64,000 nt of DNA from an endosymbiont of Galathealinum brachiosum (GTDB lineage: Bacteria > Pseudomonadota > Gammaproteobacteria > SZUA-229): NCBI GenBank assembly GCA_003349885.1, contig QFXC01000007.1:269125-333124 (forward strand), read 5' to 3'. The notes beneath the pieces are model-generated. The model did not search any database. It was not told the DNA's origin and saw only the letters and a program-made list of their open reading frames with translations. Numbering within the stretch: the first letter of the stretch is position 1; each line of letters starts with the position of its first letter. This document shows positions 41,514 to 50,317 of this stretch, piece after piece. Both the position numbers and the translations under genes were made by a program.

Positions 41514-44500
41514 TTATACCCTGTTACGCATCAACGCATAATACATAACCGGTATAACAACTAATGTTAATAAAGTTGAAACCAGAATACCGAAAATAAG
41601 TGATATAGCAAGCCCGCTAAATATTGGATCATCCAGAATAAAGAAAGCCCCTAACATTGCTGCAAGCCCGGTTAACACAATCGGTTTAGCACGCACTGCA
41701 CCCGCATTAATAACCGCTTTTTCAAATGCCATGCCCTGCTCAACCTGTTGATTAATAAAATCCACCAGTAAAATAGAGTTACGCACGATAATTCCGGCCA
41801 GCGCAATCATGCCGATCATAGATGTTGCAGTAAACTGCGCACCCAGTAATGCATGTCCGGGCATCACACCAATTATAGTTAGTGGAATCGGTGCCATGAT
41901 AATTAGTGGCACCAGATAAGATCTGAATTGTGCAACAACCAGAAAATAAATTAAAATCAAACCAACTGAATAGGCTATGCCCATATCACGAAATGTTTCA
42001 TAGGTAATCTGCCATTCACCATCCCATTTCATACTATATTGATAAGGGTTTTCTGGCTGATCAATCATATGTTGCTGCAATAAAGGCTTATCCTTCGTTA
42101 GCTTAGCCATAATATCAAACATGCCATAAAGCGGACTATCCAGATCACCTGATGTATCACCTGTTACCATTACTACCGGCAATAAATCTTTATGATAAAT
42201 TGCATATTCAATTTTAGTGTTTTCTATACGGACCATTTCTGACAGAGGAATCAGCTTGCCGTCTCTATTATGCACACGCAGTGATAACAGGCTATCAACT
42301 CTAGCTCTATCTTCAACTTTAAATTGTAATCGTAACGGTAACGGATACTTCATATTACCTGTGTGTAGATAACTGACATCCTGACCTTTAACCACCGTAG
42401 AAATCAAACTAACTATCTGCTGCTGAGTAACACCAGCCATCGCTGCCTTTTGCTGATCAACATGAATAATGATTTTATCCGCTTCGGCTTCAATCGTATC
42501 ATCCACATCAACGACATCAGCTGTGTTATCAAACACCTTACGAATGTCTTTCGCTACTTTATGTTGACCGCTGTAATTTAGCCCGTAAATTTCAGCAACT
42601 AATGGTGACATCACAGGAGGCCCGGGGGGCACTTCTACAATTTTAATATTGGCGTTATATTTTTTACCAATTAACTGTAATGGGTCGCGTAAATCACGAG
42701 CAATCTCATGACTCTTTTTATCCCGTTCTGATTTATCTAATAAATTAACCTGAATATCACCTTCGTTTGCCTGCTGGCGCAAATAATACTGACGCACTAA
42801 ACCGTTAAAGTTGATCGGTGCGGCATCACCGGCATAAACCTGATAATTTGAAACTTCAGGCACCTTCGCTATAACTCGCCCTAACTCACCTAATACTCTG
42901 GTAGTTTTTTCCAGCGTTGTGCCTTCCGGCATATCTACAATCACCTGAAACTCTGATTTATTATCAAATGGCAGCATTTTCAAAACGACCTGTTTGAAAC
43001 CAACCAGTGCGACTGAAGAAATCAGTAAAGCCAATATACCAATAAATAATTTTCGTCGATTAGACTGACCTTTTTCTCCACTTAAAAAGGGTGCCAGATA
43101 TTTATTAAAAAACACATATAACTTTGAGTCTTCTTCATTTTCTACCTCAGACTGTGAATGACTTTGACCGGCTAAAACTTTATAAGCTAACCAGGGAGTA
43201 ACCACAAAAGCCACCACCAGAGATATAAGCATGCCAAGACTGGCATTAATAGGAATCGGACTCATATAGGGCCCCATCATTCCGGTAACAAATGCCATTG
43301 GCAGAAGTGCAGCAATAACCGTGAATGTCGCGAGAATGGTCGGGCCACCCACTTCATCTACCGCTAACGGAATTGATTCTTTAAATGATTTTCCACCGAG
43401 TTGCATATGTCGGTGAATATTTTCAACTACAACAATGGCATCATCAACCAGAATACCGATAGAAAAAATTAACGCAAAAAGTGAAACCCGATTTAAGGTA
43501 AAACCCCAGGCCCAGGATGCGAATAATGTAATCGCCAGCGTAATAACAACTGCCAGCCCCACAATAATAGCTTCACGCCATCCCAGTGCAAATAAAACCA
43601 GTAATACAACAAATGTTGTGGCAAAAGCAAGTTTGCCAATAAGTTGTTTTGATTTTGCATCCGCTGTTAATCCGTAATTTCGGGTAATGGTAACTTCAAC
43701 ATTATCAGGAATAAAAACACCCTTTAACTGCTCAACCCGTTCAATGACCTGATTGGCAATTTCAACCGCATTCGTGCCTGGCTGTTTAGCAATTGCCAGT
43801 GTTACAGCTGGATACTCACCATGAATATTTTTCTGGTTTAAATCAGACCCTGCGCCTACACCAAACCAGCTTGTTTGCTCGGGATGTACAGCACCCCTTT
43901 TAACTTGCGCAACATCACGTAAATAAATGGGCTTGTCATTATGCATACCAACAACTAGATCTTTAACTTCTGACACTGAACTTAGAAACTGTCCGCTTTG
44001 AACTTCAACCTGATTGTTGTCACTAATAAGTTGGCCCGACCTATCTGAGCTATTACTCGCACGTAATGCATTCTCCAGATCACTGACCGATAATTTATAT
44101 GCAGCCAGTGTGGTTGCATCGAGTAAAATTTGCACAACATCATTTGCTGCGCCTTTAGTGTAGATATCACGCGTACCCGGCACACGTTTCAGTTCAGCTT
44201 CAATTGCATGTGCCACTTTTGTTAATTCATAACGACCATGGGATTCGTCTTTAGTCCACAAAGTCATAGCAACAATTGGCACATCATCAATACCCTTAGG
44301 TTTGATAATAGGTTGAGCTACACCTAACCCCTGTGGTAACCAGTCCTGGTTTGAATACACTGTGTTATACAAACGCACAATTGCCTGAGTGCGATCTTCT
44401 CCCACTTTAAACTGCACGGTTAAAACAGACATGCCGGGCCTGGAGACAGAATAGATATGCTTGATACCTTCAATTTCTGAAAGCACCTGTTCAGCCGGTA

Positions 44501-44714
44501 CACTAATCAATTGCTCAACATCACTCGCGGATGCACCGGGAAAAGCGATAAAAACATTTGCGAAGGTTACATTGATTTGCGGCTCCTCTTCACGGGGAGT
44601 AATCATTACCGCAAAAATGCCTAATAGAAAACCTAACAACGCGAGCAATGGAGTGATCTCGGTATTTAAAAAATACTGAGCGACCTTACCTGAGATACCG
44701 AGATTGTTATTCAT
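41514..44714 (-). CDS. RND efflux transporter permease
   Basis: TPREEEPQINV, IFSIGILVDDAIVVVENIHRH, LKMLPFDNKSEFQ, GIIVRNSILLVDF. Confidence 0.95.
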   Translation of the reverse strand: MNNNLGISGKVAQYFLNTEITPLLALLGFLLGIFAVMITPREEEPQINVTFANVFIAFPGASASDVEQLISVPAEQVLSEIEGIKHIYSVSRPGMSVLTVQFKVGEDRTQAIVRLYNTVYSNQDWLPQGLGVAQPIIKPKGIDDVPIVAMTLWTKDESHGRYELTKVAHAIEAELKRVPGTRDIYTKGAANDVVQILLDATTLAAYKLSVSDLENALRASNSSDRSGQLISDNNQVEVQSGQFLSSVSEVKDLVVGMHNDKPIYLRDVAQVKRGAVHPEQTSWFGVGAGSDLNQKNIHGEYPAVTLAIAKQPGTNAVEIANQVIERVEQLKGVFIPDNVEVTITRNYGLTADAKSKQLIGKLAFATTFVVLLVLFALGWREAIIVGLAVVITLAITLFASWAWGFTLNRVSLFALIFSIGILVDDAIVVVENIHRHMQLGGKSFKESIPLAVDEVGGPTILATFTVIAALLPMAFVTGMMGPYMSPIPINASLGMLISLVVAFVVTPWLAYKVLAGQSHSQSEVENEEDSKLYVFFNKYLAPFLSGEKGQSNRRKLFIGILALLISSVALVGFKQVVLKMLPFDNKSEFQVIVDMPEGTTLEKTTRVLGELGRVIAKVPEVSNYQVYAGDAAPINFNGLVRQYYLRQQANEGDIQVNLLDKSERDKKSHEIARDLRDPLQLIGKKYNANIKIVEVPPGPPVMSPLVAEIYGLNYSGQHKVAKDIRKVFDNTADVVDVDDTIEAEADKIIIHVDQQKAAMAGVTQQQIVSLISTVVKGQDVSYLHTGNMKYPLPLRLQFKVEDRARVDSLLSLRVHNRDGKLIPLSEMVRIENTKIEYAIYHKDLLPVVMVTGDTSGDLDSPLYGMFDIMAKLTKDKPLLQQHMIDQPENPYQYSMKWDGEWQITYETFRDMGIAYSVGLILIYFLVVAQFRSYLVPLIIMAPIPLTIIGVMPGHALLGAQFTATSMIGMIALAGIIVRNSILLVDFINQQVEQGMAFEKAVINAGAVRAKPIVLTGLAAMLGAFFILDDPIFSGLAISLIFGILVSTLLTLVVIPVMYYALMRNRV

Positions 44715-44812
44715 TAATTTGTAACTCTCTTAAACATTGTCATATCTGAATATTTATATCTGGATTCCAGTTTGTATCAGGGGATGAGATACACACTGAA
44801 GCAACAGTCGTA

Positions 44813-45826
44813 TTAATTAGTAATATGATCTTTATAATAAATAGTCGCTTTAACTGGATCGATTGCTACCTGATCATTTTCCTGCAGGCCAGATAATATT
44901 TCGATATTGCCATTTATCTGCTGTCCGGGTCTTACCTGTAATAAACTCAGCTCTTTTTGATCATTCATTACATACACACCCGTCATTTCACTGCGATGTG
45001 TTATAGCTGAAGCCGGCACCAGTAACTTGCGCATTTGCCCAATTGAAAATGCAACTTTAACCGCCATGCCCGGATACAGGCCATGACTACCTTGCGGTAA
45101 ATTAACTCTGACTAAAAATGTATGACTATCAGCATCCGCATAAGGGCTTATTGTCATGGATTTTCCATCAACACTTTTACCGGCCACAAGCACTCTGGCT
45201 GCTTTAAATTGTCTGACAGGTAAAATAATATCCTGTGGAAGATTAACCGCGACCCTGAGTGACTCTAATGACAAACCGGTAAAAAGTGGTGCGCCCGTTT
45301 GAGCCGTTTCACCCACTTCAATATGGCGTTTAACTACAATACCGCTATAAGGTGCTCGCACGATCGTACGCTCAAGGTTTTCTTCAGCCTGATCTAAACG
45401 GGCGCGGGTTAACTTAAACTGAGACTCGGCTTTATCAACGGCCGATTTAGAAATCAGATTTTTACTGTGTAGCTGCTGCACTCGCAGAAACTCTGTTTCA
45501 GCCTGAGAAAAATCAGCCTGTGAGGCACGTAATTTTGCCTGCTGATCTTTATCACGCATACGCAGCAGAACATCATCTTTTTTCGCATAATCATTTACAT
45601 CAAAATATATCTGCTTCACACGCCCTGATGTCTGGGCTGTAACCGTCGCTTTATTCACCGCCTCAACCAACGCATCAATAACCCGCTCCTGTTGAACCTC
45701 ATGATATTGAGCGGCTGCCAGCTCAATGCCCTGCTCTTCAGCCTGTAGCGGAGCAGATGAAGCCAGTGTGTAAACACACAGCATTAATAATGGAATCTTC
45801 AAATCGGTAAAATCGAGAGTAAACAT
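44813..45826 (-). CDS. RND efflux membrane-fusion protein
   Basis: VTAQTSGRV, VRAPYSGIV, LYPGMAVK, IEILSGL. Confidence 0.92.
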   Translation of the reverse strand: MFTLDFTDLKIPLLMLCVYTLASSAPLQAEEQGIELAAAQYHEVQQERVIDALVEAVNKATVTAQTSGRVKQIYFDVNDYAKKDDVLLRMRDKDQQAKLRASQADFSQAETEFLRVQQLHSKNLISKSAVDKAESQFKLTRARLDQAEENLERTIVRAPYSGIVVKRHIEVGETAQTGAPLFTGLSLESLRVAVNLPQDIILPVRQFKAARVLVAGKSVDGKSMTISPYADADSHTFLVRVNLPQGSHGLYPGMAVKVAFSIGQMRKLLVPASAITHRSEMTGVYVMNDQKELSLLQVRPGQQINGNIEILSGLQENDQVAIDPVKATIYYKDHITN

Positions 45827-46381
45827 AGAATTCGTCTCTTTTATGCATTTAGGATGATGCTTTATAAGTGCGTATTAATATAGCACATATAATAAGAAAA
45901 TTTGCCAGTAGTATCTGAGTGTATTAACTGAGCCGAAACCTGAAACAGTCTGGCATAAAGACCTGAATTTAGCCTTCCTGTAAATAACATTAAATTTTTG
46001 TTTCTTATATGATTGCTTTTAACCTGTTTTTTTAATTAAGAGAAATTAATCACATGCGTATGCATCTCAATTTTTTCATTAATATTTGTAGCATGATGCT
46101 AATTTTTATCAGCGGCAACTGCAAAGCATCACCAACATCAAACGAATTCATTAAATGTAAAAAATGGCTGTTTCAATACTTGAGCATTGCCTGAACGAAA
46201 ACACTTATTACCAGAATGAATTTTGTTGGAAAAAATCAAATGATGTTTATAACTCATGCTCAAGGCAGGTTAAGCAAACTCATAACTCAAATGAAAGAAA
46301 TTCTAAAAGAAAGGCTGAGTTGAAGATTCATTTAGAACAAATTTATGATTACTTATTCTATAAATTAAACAAAGACAAAAA

Positions 46382-46466
46382 GGAGAGCGGTGACAATCGA
46401 GAATTATTAGCCTTTCCATTTGTCACCGACCCCTTCCCTCTTTTATGAAGGGCTGCCTCTCCGCCA
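46382..46466. other. Structured 85-nt element with tRNA-Ser-like acceptor stem and GCCA end (candidate ncRNA)
   Basis: GGAGAG/CTCTCC closing stem followed by GCCA; internal helices CGGTGACAA/TTGTCACCG and CCCTTC/GAAGGG; last 14 nt identical to the 3' end of the adjacent tRNA-Ser. Confidence 0.5.
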
Positions 46467-46515
46467 GTTAACTACCATCTTTTAAATGAGTACTTAACTT
46501 TCGTTACGTACTAAT

Positions 46516-46609
46516 AGAGGGATTGATGGCACACATCCCTTCGGGGCGCTGTAAAAGCATCGCGTCGAAAAAGCGCTGTCCTGCGCTTTTTTCGAAACTG
46601 GTTCGAACC
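46516..46609. repeat. tRNA-linked palindromic element within a degenerate copy of the tRNA T-arm
   Basis: AGAGGGATT-[GATGGCACACATCCCTTCGGGGCG...CGAAAAAGCGC-TGTCCT-GCGCTTTTTTCG]-...GTTCGAACC vs tRNA AGGGATTCGAACC. Confidence 0.45.
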
Positions 46610-46625
46610 AAATACTACCTTTCCA

Positions 46626-46674
46626 CATACATAAAAAAAGGCCCCCTGAAAAACAGGGAGCCTTTTTTTATGTA
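46626..46674 (-). terminator. Intrinsic terminator after tRNA-Ser
   Basis: AAAAAAAGGCCCCCTG-AAAAA-CAGGGAGCCTTTTTTT hairpin flanked by A/T tracts. Confidence 0.85.
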
Positions 46675-46764
46675 TGGCGGAGAGGCAGGGATTCGAACCC
46701 TGGGTCGGGATGAACCGACGCCGGTTTTCAAGACCGGTGCATTCGACCACTCTGCCACCTCTCC
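46675..46764 (-). tRNA. tRNA-Ser(UGA)
   Basis: GGAGAGGTGGCAGAGTGGTCGAATGCACCGGTCT-TGA-AAACCGGCGTCGGTTCATCCCGACCCAGGGTTCGAATCCCTGCCTCTCCGCCA; 90 nt, long variable arm, encoded CCA. Confidence 0.98.
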
Positions 46765-47006
46765 AGGTTCGAGCGCCCAATAAATGGGTGTTACATCGAG
46801 GTGGCGAATAATACTGGAAAATTATGTGTAAAACCAGTCTCTTGTGACTTTTTTATGCGAAAAAGCCTAATCACACCAAAGAAGTTGGTATGCACTTGAA
46901 AAATCACACAAATAGCCACACATAGTGAACTAAGAATGGCTTTGCCTTGTCTCAAACACAATGGTAATCTAACGCCAACCAAATAACTTAAACGTACGGG
47001 AATTTA

Positions 47007-47672
47007 ATGAACAATCCAAATATCTCAATAGGTCGCTCTCAGGAGTCGGTTCTTGCAACGAATAAAGTGCTTAAAAACACGTATATGTTGCTTTCTATAA
47101 CGCTGATATTCAGTGCTATTACTGCTTTTATCGGTATGCAAATGCAAATTGGTCAGGGCGTTGCGATGATTGCAACTTTTGGCGCTATTGGCATTTTGTG
47201 GTTTGTATTGCCTCGTACAGCTAATTCTGCTGCGGGTATTCCGACAATATTTGCCTTCACCGGTCTAATCGGCCTGGGCATGGCTCCAATGCTTAATATG
47301 TACCTTGCGGTTAATCCTAGCGTTGTTTCTACTGCACTGGGTGGCACGGGTGTGATATTCCTTGGTCTTTCAGGTTACGCACTGACTACACGTAAAGATT
47401 TCAGCTTTATGGGCGGATTCCTTATGGTGGGTATGCTGGTTGTGATCGTTGCAGCTCTAGCTAATATCTTCCTGCAGATGCCGGTTATGGGTCTGGTTGT
47501 TAGTGGCGCAATCGTAATGCTAATGAGTGGTTTGATTCTGTATGAAACATCTTCAATCATTCACGGTGGCGAAACTAACTATATTATGGCAACTGCTAGC
47601 CTGTTCCTTTCTATAATCAACCTGTTCCAGGCTCTATTGCACCTGCTTAGCGCTTTTGGTGGTGATGATTAA
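47007..47672 (+). CDS. yccA: Bax inhibitor-1/YccA family membrane protein
   Basis: TNKVLKNTYMLL, YALTTRKDFSFMGGFL, IIHGGETNYIMAT; divergent from tRNA-Ser as in E. coli serT-yccA. Confidence 0.93.
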   Translation: MNNPNISIGRSQESVLATNKVLKNTYMLLSITLIFSAITAFIGMQMQIGQGVAMIATFGAIGILWFVLPRTANSAAGIPTIFAFTGLIGLGMAPMLNMYLAVNPSVVSTALGGTGVIFLGLSGYALTTRKDFSFMGGFLMVGMLVVIVAALANIFLQMPVMGLVVSGAIVMLMSGLILYETSSIIHGGETNYIMATASLFLSIINLFQALLHLLSAFGGDD

Positions 47673-47698
47673 TCATCACACCAACTGGTAACACCCTT

Positions 47699-47728
47699 CA
47701 CGCCCCGGTTATCCGGGGCGTGTTGTTT
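47699..47728 (+). terminator. Intrinsic terminator after yccA
   Basis: CACGCCCCGG-TTAT-CCGGGGCGTG followed by TTGTTT. Confidence 0.8.
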
Positions 47729-47757
47729 CTAAACATTAAATATTAATAGAGATAAGT

Positions 47758-47937
47758 ATGGATTGGTTAAAAATAGGCAGTGCGGTCTTTCTAATCGCGA
47801 TGATCGTGTTTATATGGCCACGCATGAAACATGCGGTAGCAAACTCCCCTAAGGGAACCATGCAAGACTGGATGGGATATATTGTGCCACTGGCCGCAGT
47901 GATTGGTTTTGTATTTCTACTGATACAGATGGTTTAA
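47758..47937 (+). CDS. 59-aa two-TM membrane protein (below the ORF-track cutoff)
   Basis: Manual translation MDWLKIGSAVFLIAMIVFIWPRMKHAVANSPKGTMQDWMGYIVPLAAVIGFVFLLIQMV*; GAGA upstream. Confidence 0.75.
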   Translation: MDWLKIGSAVFLIAMIVFIWPRMKHAVANSPKGTMQDWMGYIVPLAAVIGFVFLLIQMV

Positions 47938-48074
47938 TGGCGACCAGAGCCTGAAACCACCAATAAATAGTTGATTTTGATGATTTAACCCCTATATATC
48001 CCATTCTTTATGGGTTTATAATTTACGATTAACCTTTAATATACTCCCCCAAACAACGATTATTTGAGATATTT

Positions 48075-49061
48075 ATGCAAGAAGAACATCCATTTGCCCC
48101 TTTTATACGCATACTTGGTAAAGGTAAAAACGGCTCACGTGGTTTAACCGCTGAAGAAGCATTTGAATCAATGAGTATGGTTCTGGAAGACAAGGTAACC
48201 GCCGAGCAGCTGGGTGCATTTTTAATGCTGTTACGTGTTAAAGAAGAAACGCCGGAAGAAGTTGCAGGTTTTGTTCGTGCGATTAGACACTTTCTCAAAC
48301 AGGATGGGCAAACTTATGCTGATCTTGACTGGTCGTCTTATGCAGGTAAACGTCGTCATTCTCCGTGGTACGTATTAAGTGCATTATTACTAGCCGATAA
48401 TGGTATCAAGGTTTGTATGCACGGTGCAGAAGGCCATACACCGGGTCGTATGTATACCTCTGAAGTATTAAAGCCACTTGGCATAGAAACCAGCACCACT
48501 CTGGATCATGCGAAACAGCAGATTGAAAAAAATAACTTCTGTTATATGCCTATATCAACAATTAGTGACCGGTTGAAGGATATTATAGAGCTACGTCCGT
48601 TTTTAGGCTTACGCTCTCCAATTCATACCGTTGGCCGAATGATAAACCCGTTAAAAGCGCCCCACTCTATTCAGGCTATTTTTCACCCGGGTTATCAATC
48701 AGTACATCAGCACGCTGCCAATATTATGGGTGAAGAACAGATTGCAGTATTTAAGGGTGAAGCAGGTGAAGTTGAACGTAACCCGGATACAAAATGCACC
48801 GTATCTTATGCCATTGATGGAAAAACATGGGATGAAGAATGGCCCGCCATTTTTGCCAAACGCCATGTAAAAGAAAGCACGCTGGATGAAAACAGACTGG
48901 GCCCTTTCTGGCGCGGTGAAGAAACAGACGAGTATGCAGAAGCGGCAATTGTGGGTACGACCGCTATTGCCCTGCGTTTATTAAATAAAGCAGAAACACC
49001 GGATCAGGCATTAGAACTGGCTCAGGATATGTGGACTAAGCGGAACAAAACAAAACATTAG
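48075..49061 (+). CDS. Glycosyltransferase family 3 / YbiB (TrpD-like) protein
   Basis: EHPFAPFIRILGKGK, QLGAFLMLLRVKEET, DLDWSSYAGKRR, LGLRSPIHT, FKGEAGEVERNP. Confidence 0.85.
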   Translation: MQEEHPFAPFIRILGKGKNGSRGLTAEEAFESMSMVLEDKVTAEQLGAFLMLLRVKEETPEEVAGFVRAIRHFLKQDGQTYADLDWSSYAGKRRHSPWYVLSALLLADNGIKVCMHGAEGHTPGRMYTSEVLKPLGIETSTTLDHAKQQIEKNNFCYMPISTISDRLKDIIELRPFLGLRSPIHTVGRMINPLKAPHSIQAIFHPGYQSVHQHAANIMGEEQIAVFKGEAGEVERNPDTKCTVSYAIDGKTWDEEWPAIFAKRHVKESTLDENRLGPFWRGEETDEYAEAAIVGTTAIALRLLNKAETPDQALELAQDMWTKRNKTKH

Positions 49062-49152
49062 AAGAAAATTTATTTTCTCAAAAAACAGAAAGCATTAATA
49101 CGATGGAATGCCAGTCAGTAACAACGAAATAAATACAACTGGAGAAATATCA

Positions 49153-49371
49153 ATGACTATAGAACGAGCACTTTTTGCAATGGGCGGCATCATGGTTATG
49201 CTGACATCTTTATTAGCCATATTCCATCACCCTAACTGGACATGGGTTACCCTGTTTGTTGGCTTTAACTGTTTTCAAAGTTCATTCACAGGCTTCTGCC
49301 CACCGGCGTGGTTAATGAAAAAATTTGGCCTTAAATCTGAAGCTGAAAACGCGGCAGAAACCAATAACTAA
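49153..49371 (+). CDS. DUF2892 (YgaP-like) membrane protein
   Basis: MTIERAL, FVGFNCFQSSFTGFCPPAW; GGAG RBS before ATG 49153. Confidence 0.85.
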   Translation: MTIERALFAMGGIMVMLTSLLAIFHHPNWTWVTLFVGFNCFQSSFTGFCPPAWLMKKFGLKSEAENAAETNN

Positions 49372-49438
49372 ACTTTTATTATCATCCCTGATATTTTCCC
49401 CCGGGAATTTATTCAGGCGTGATTAATATTTCTCACTA

Positions 49439-50269
49439 ATGAAATCACACCTAACAACATTAATTATTGCTTTAGTCGTCGGTTATTTTGGCGGTTACAT
49501 GAGTAACACGGATTATTTCAATTCTGAAAAATCCTCTCACAAAAACAGCGCCAATAATAACAACCAGAAACCGAACCCATTTCAAACTCAGGCCGATTCT
49601 GATGATCTGGCATATCAGTTTGAATTGCTGCAATATAAATTTGACGGACTCCAGAACCAGGTCGAAACACTGAAAGTTTCTTTAAAAAATAACACTATTT
49701 CACAAAACGATGCTGAAGATTCTTCTGGTAAAAATAACAGTAAGAAAAAAATAAAATCTAATGTAACACCCAACGCTGAAAATCTAATTGCATCTGGTAT
49801 TAACCCGGATATTGCAGAAGATATTCTACGTCGCATGAGCCAGCAGGATTTCAGACGCCTTGAATTACAAAATATGATGAGACGCTCCAGCTCTACACAG
49901 AGAAGAGAATACAGCAAAGAACTGAGGGAACTGAATTCAAATAAAATTACACTGCGCTCAGAAATGGGAGATGATGCATACGATCAGTATTTATATGTAA
50001 GCGGACAGAATAATCGTGTAAAGGTAAGTTCAGTTATGGCAGGCTCACCCGCCGAGTCTTCCGGTTTTCAACCCGATGACATCATCTTATATTACGACGA
50101 TAAAAAAATACTAAGCTGGCCTGATGTCAGAGCAGCAACAATGCAGGGTGAAATAGGCAGTTATACCAGTATTGAAATTATACGTGACGGCACTCAAATG
50201 AGTTTGATGGTACCCAGAGGCACTTTAGGTGTTCAGCTTGATGCGGTGCAGATAGAACCCGCACAGTAA
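49439..50269 (+). CDS. Membrane-anchored PDZ-domain protein
   Basis: N-terminal TM, coiled coil, VSSVMAGSPAESSGFQPDDIIL, IIRDG. Confidence 0.85.
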   Translation: MKSHLTTLIIALVVGYFGGYMSNTDYFNSEKSSHKNSANNNNQKPNPFQTQADSDDLAYQFELLQYKFDGLQNQVETLKVSLKNNTISQNDAEDSSGKNNSKKKIKSNVTPNAENLIASGINPDIAEDILRRMSQQDFRRLELQNMMRRSSSTQRREYSKELRELNSNKITLRSEMGDDAYDQYLYVSGQNNRVKVSSVMAGSPAESSGFQPDDIILYYDDKKILSWPDVRAATMQGEIGSYTSIEIIRDGTQMSLMVPRGTLGVQLDAVQIEPAQ

Positions 50270-50317
50270 TTTTTTACTCTGTTAAAAAATTAAATAATAA
50301 AGAGATCTTAGTTACTG

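Noticed and set aside
46164..46448. 94-aa ORF
   Set aside because: No recognisable motif or clear RBS, and the 3' end runs through the structured element; cannot support it as a gene, though not excluded
46382..46764. Integrated island or prophage at tRNA-Ser
   Set aside because: The 14-nt tRNA-end copy is inverted and only about 210 bp away; no integrase or phage genes in the window
46511..46783. ORFs 46511-46780 (-) and 46523-46783 (+)
   Set aside because: They overlap tRNA-Ser, its terminator and a palindromic element; shadow ORFs
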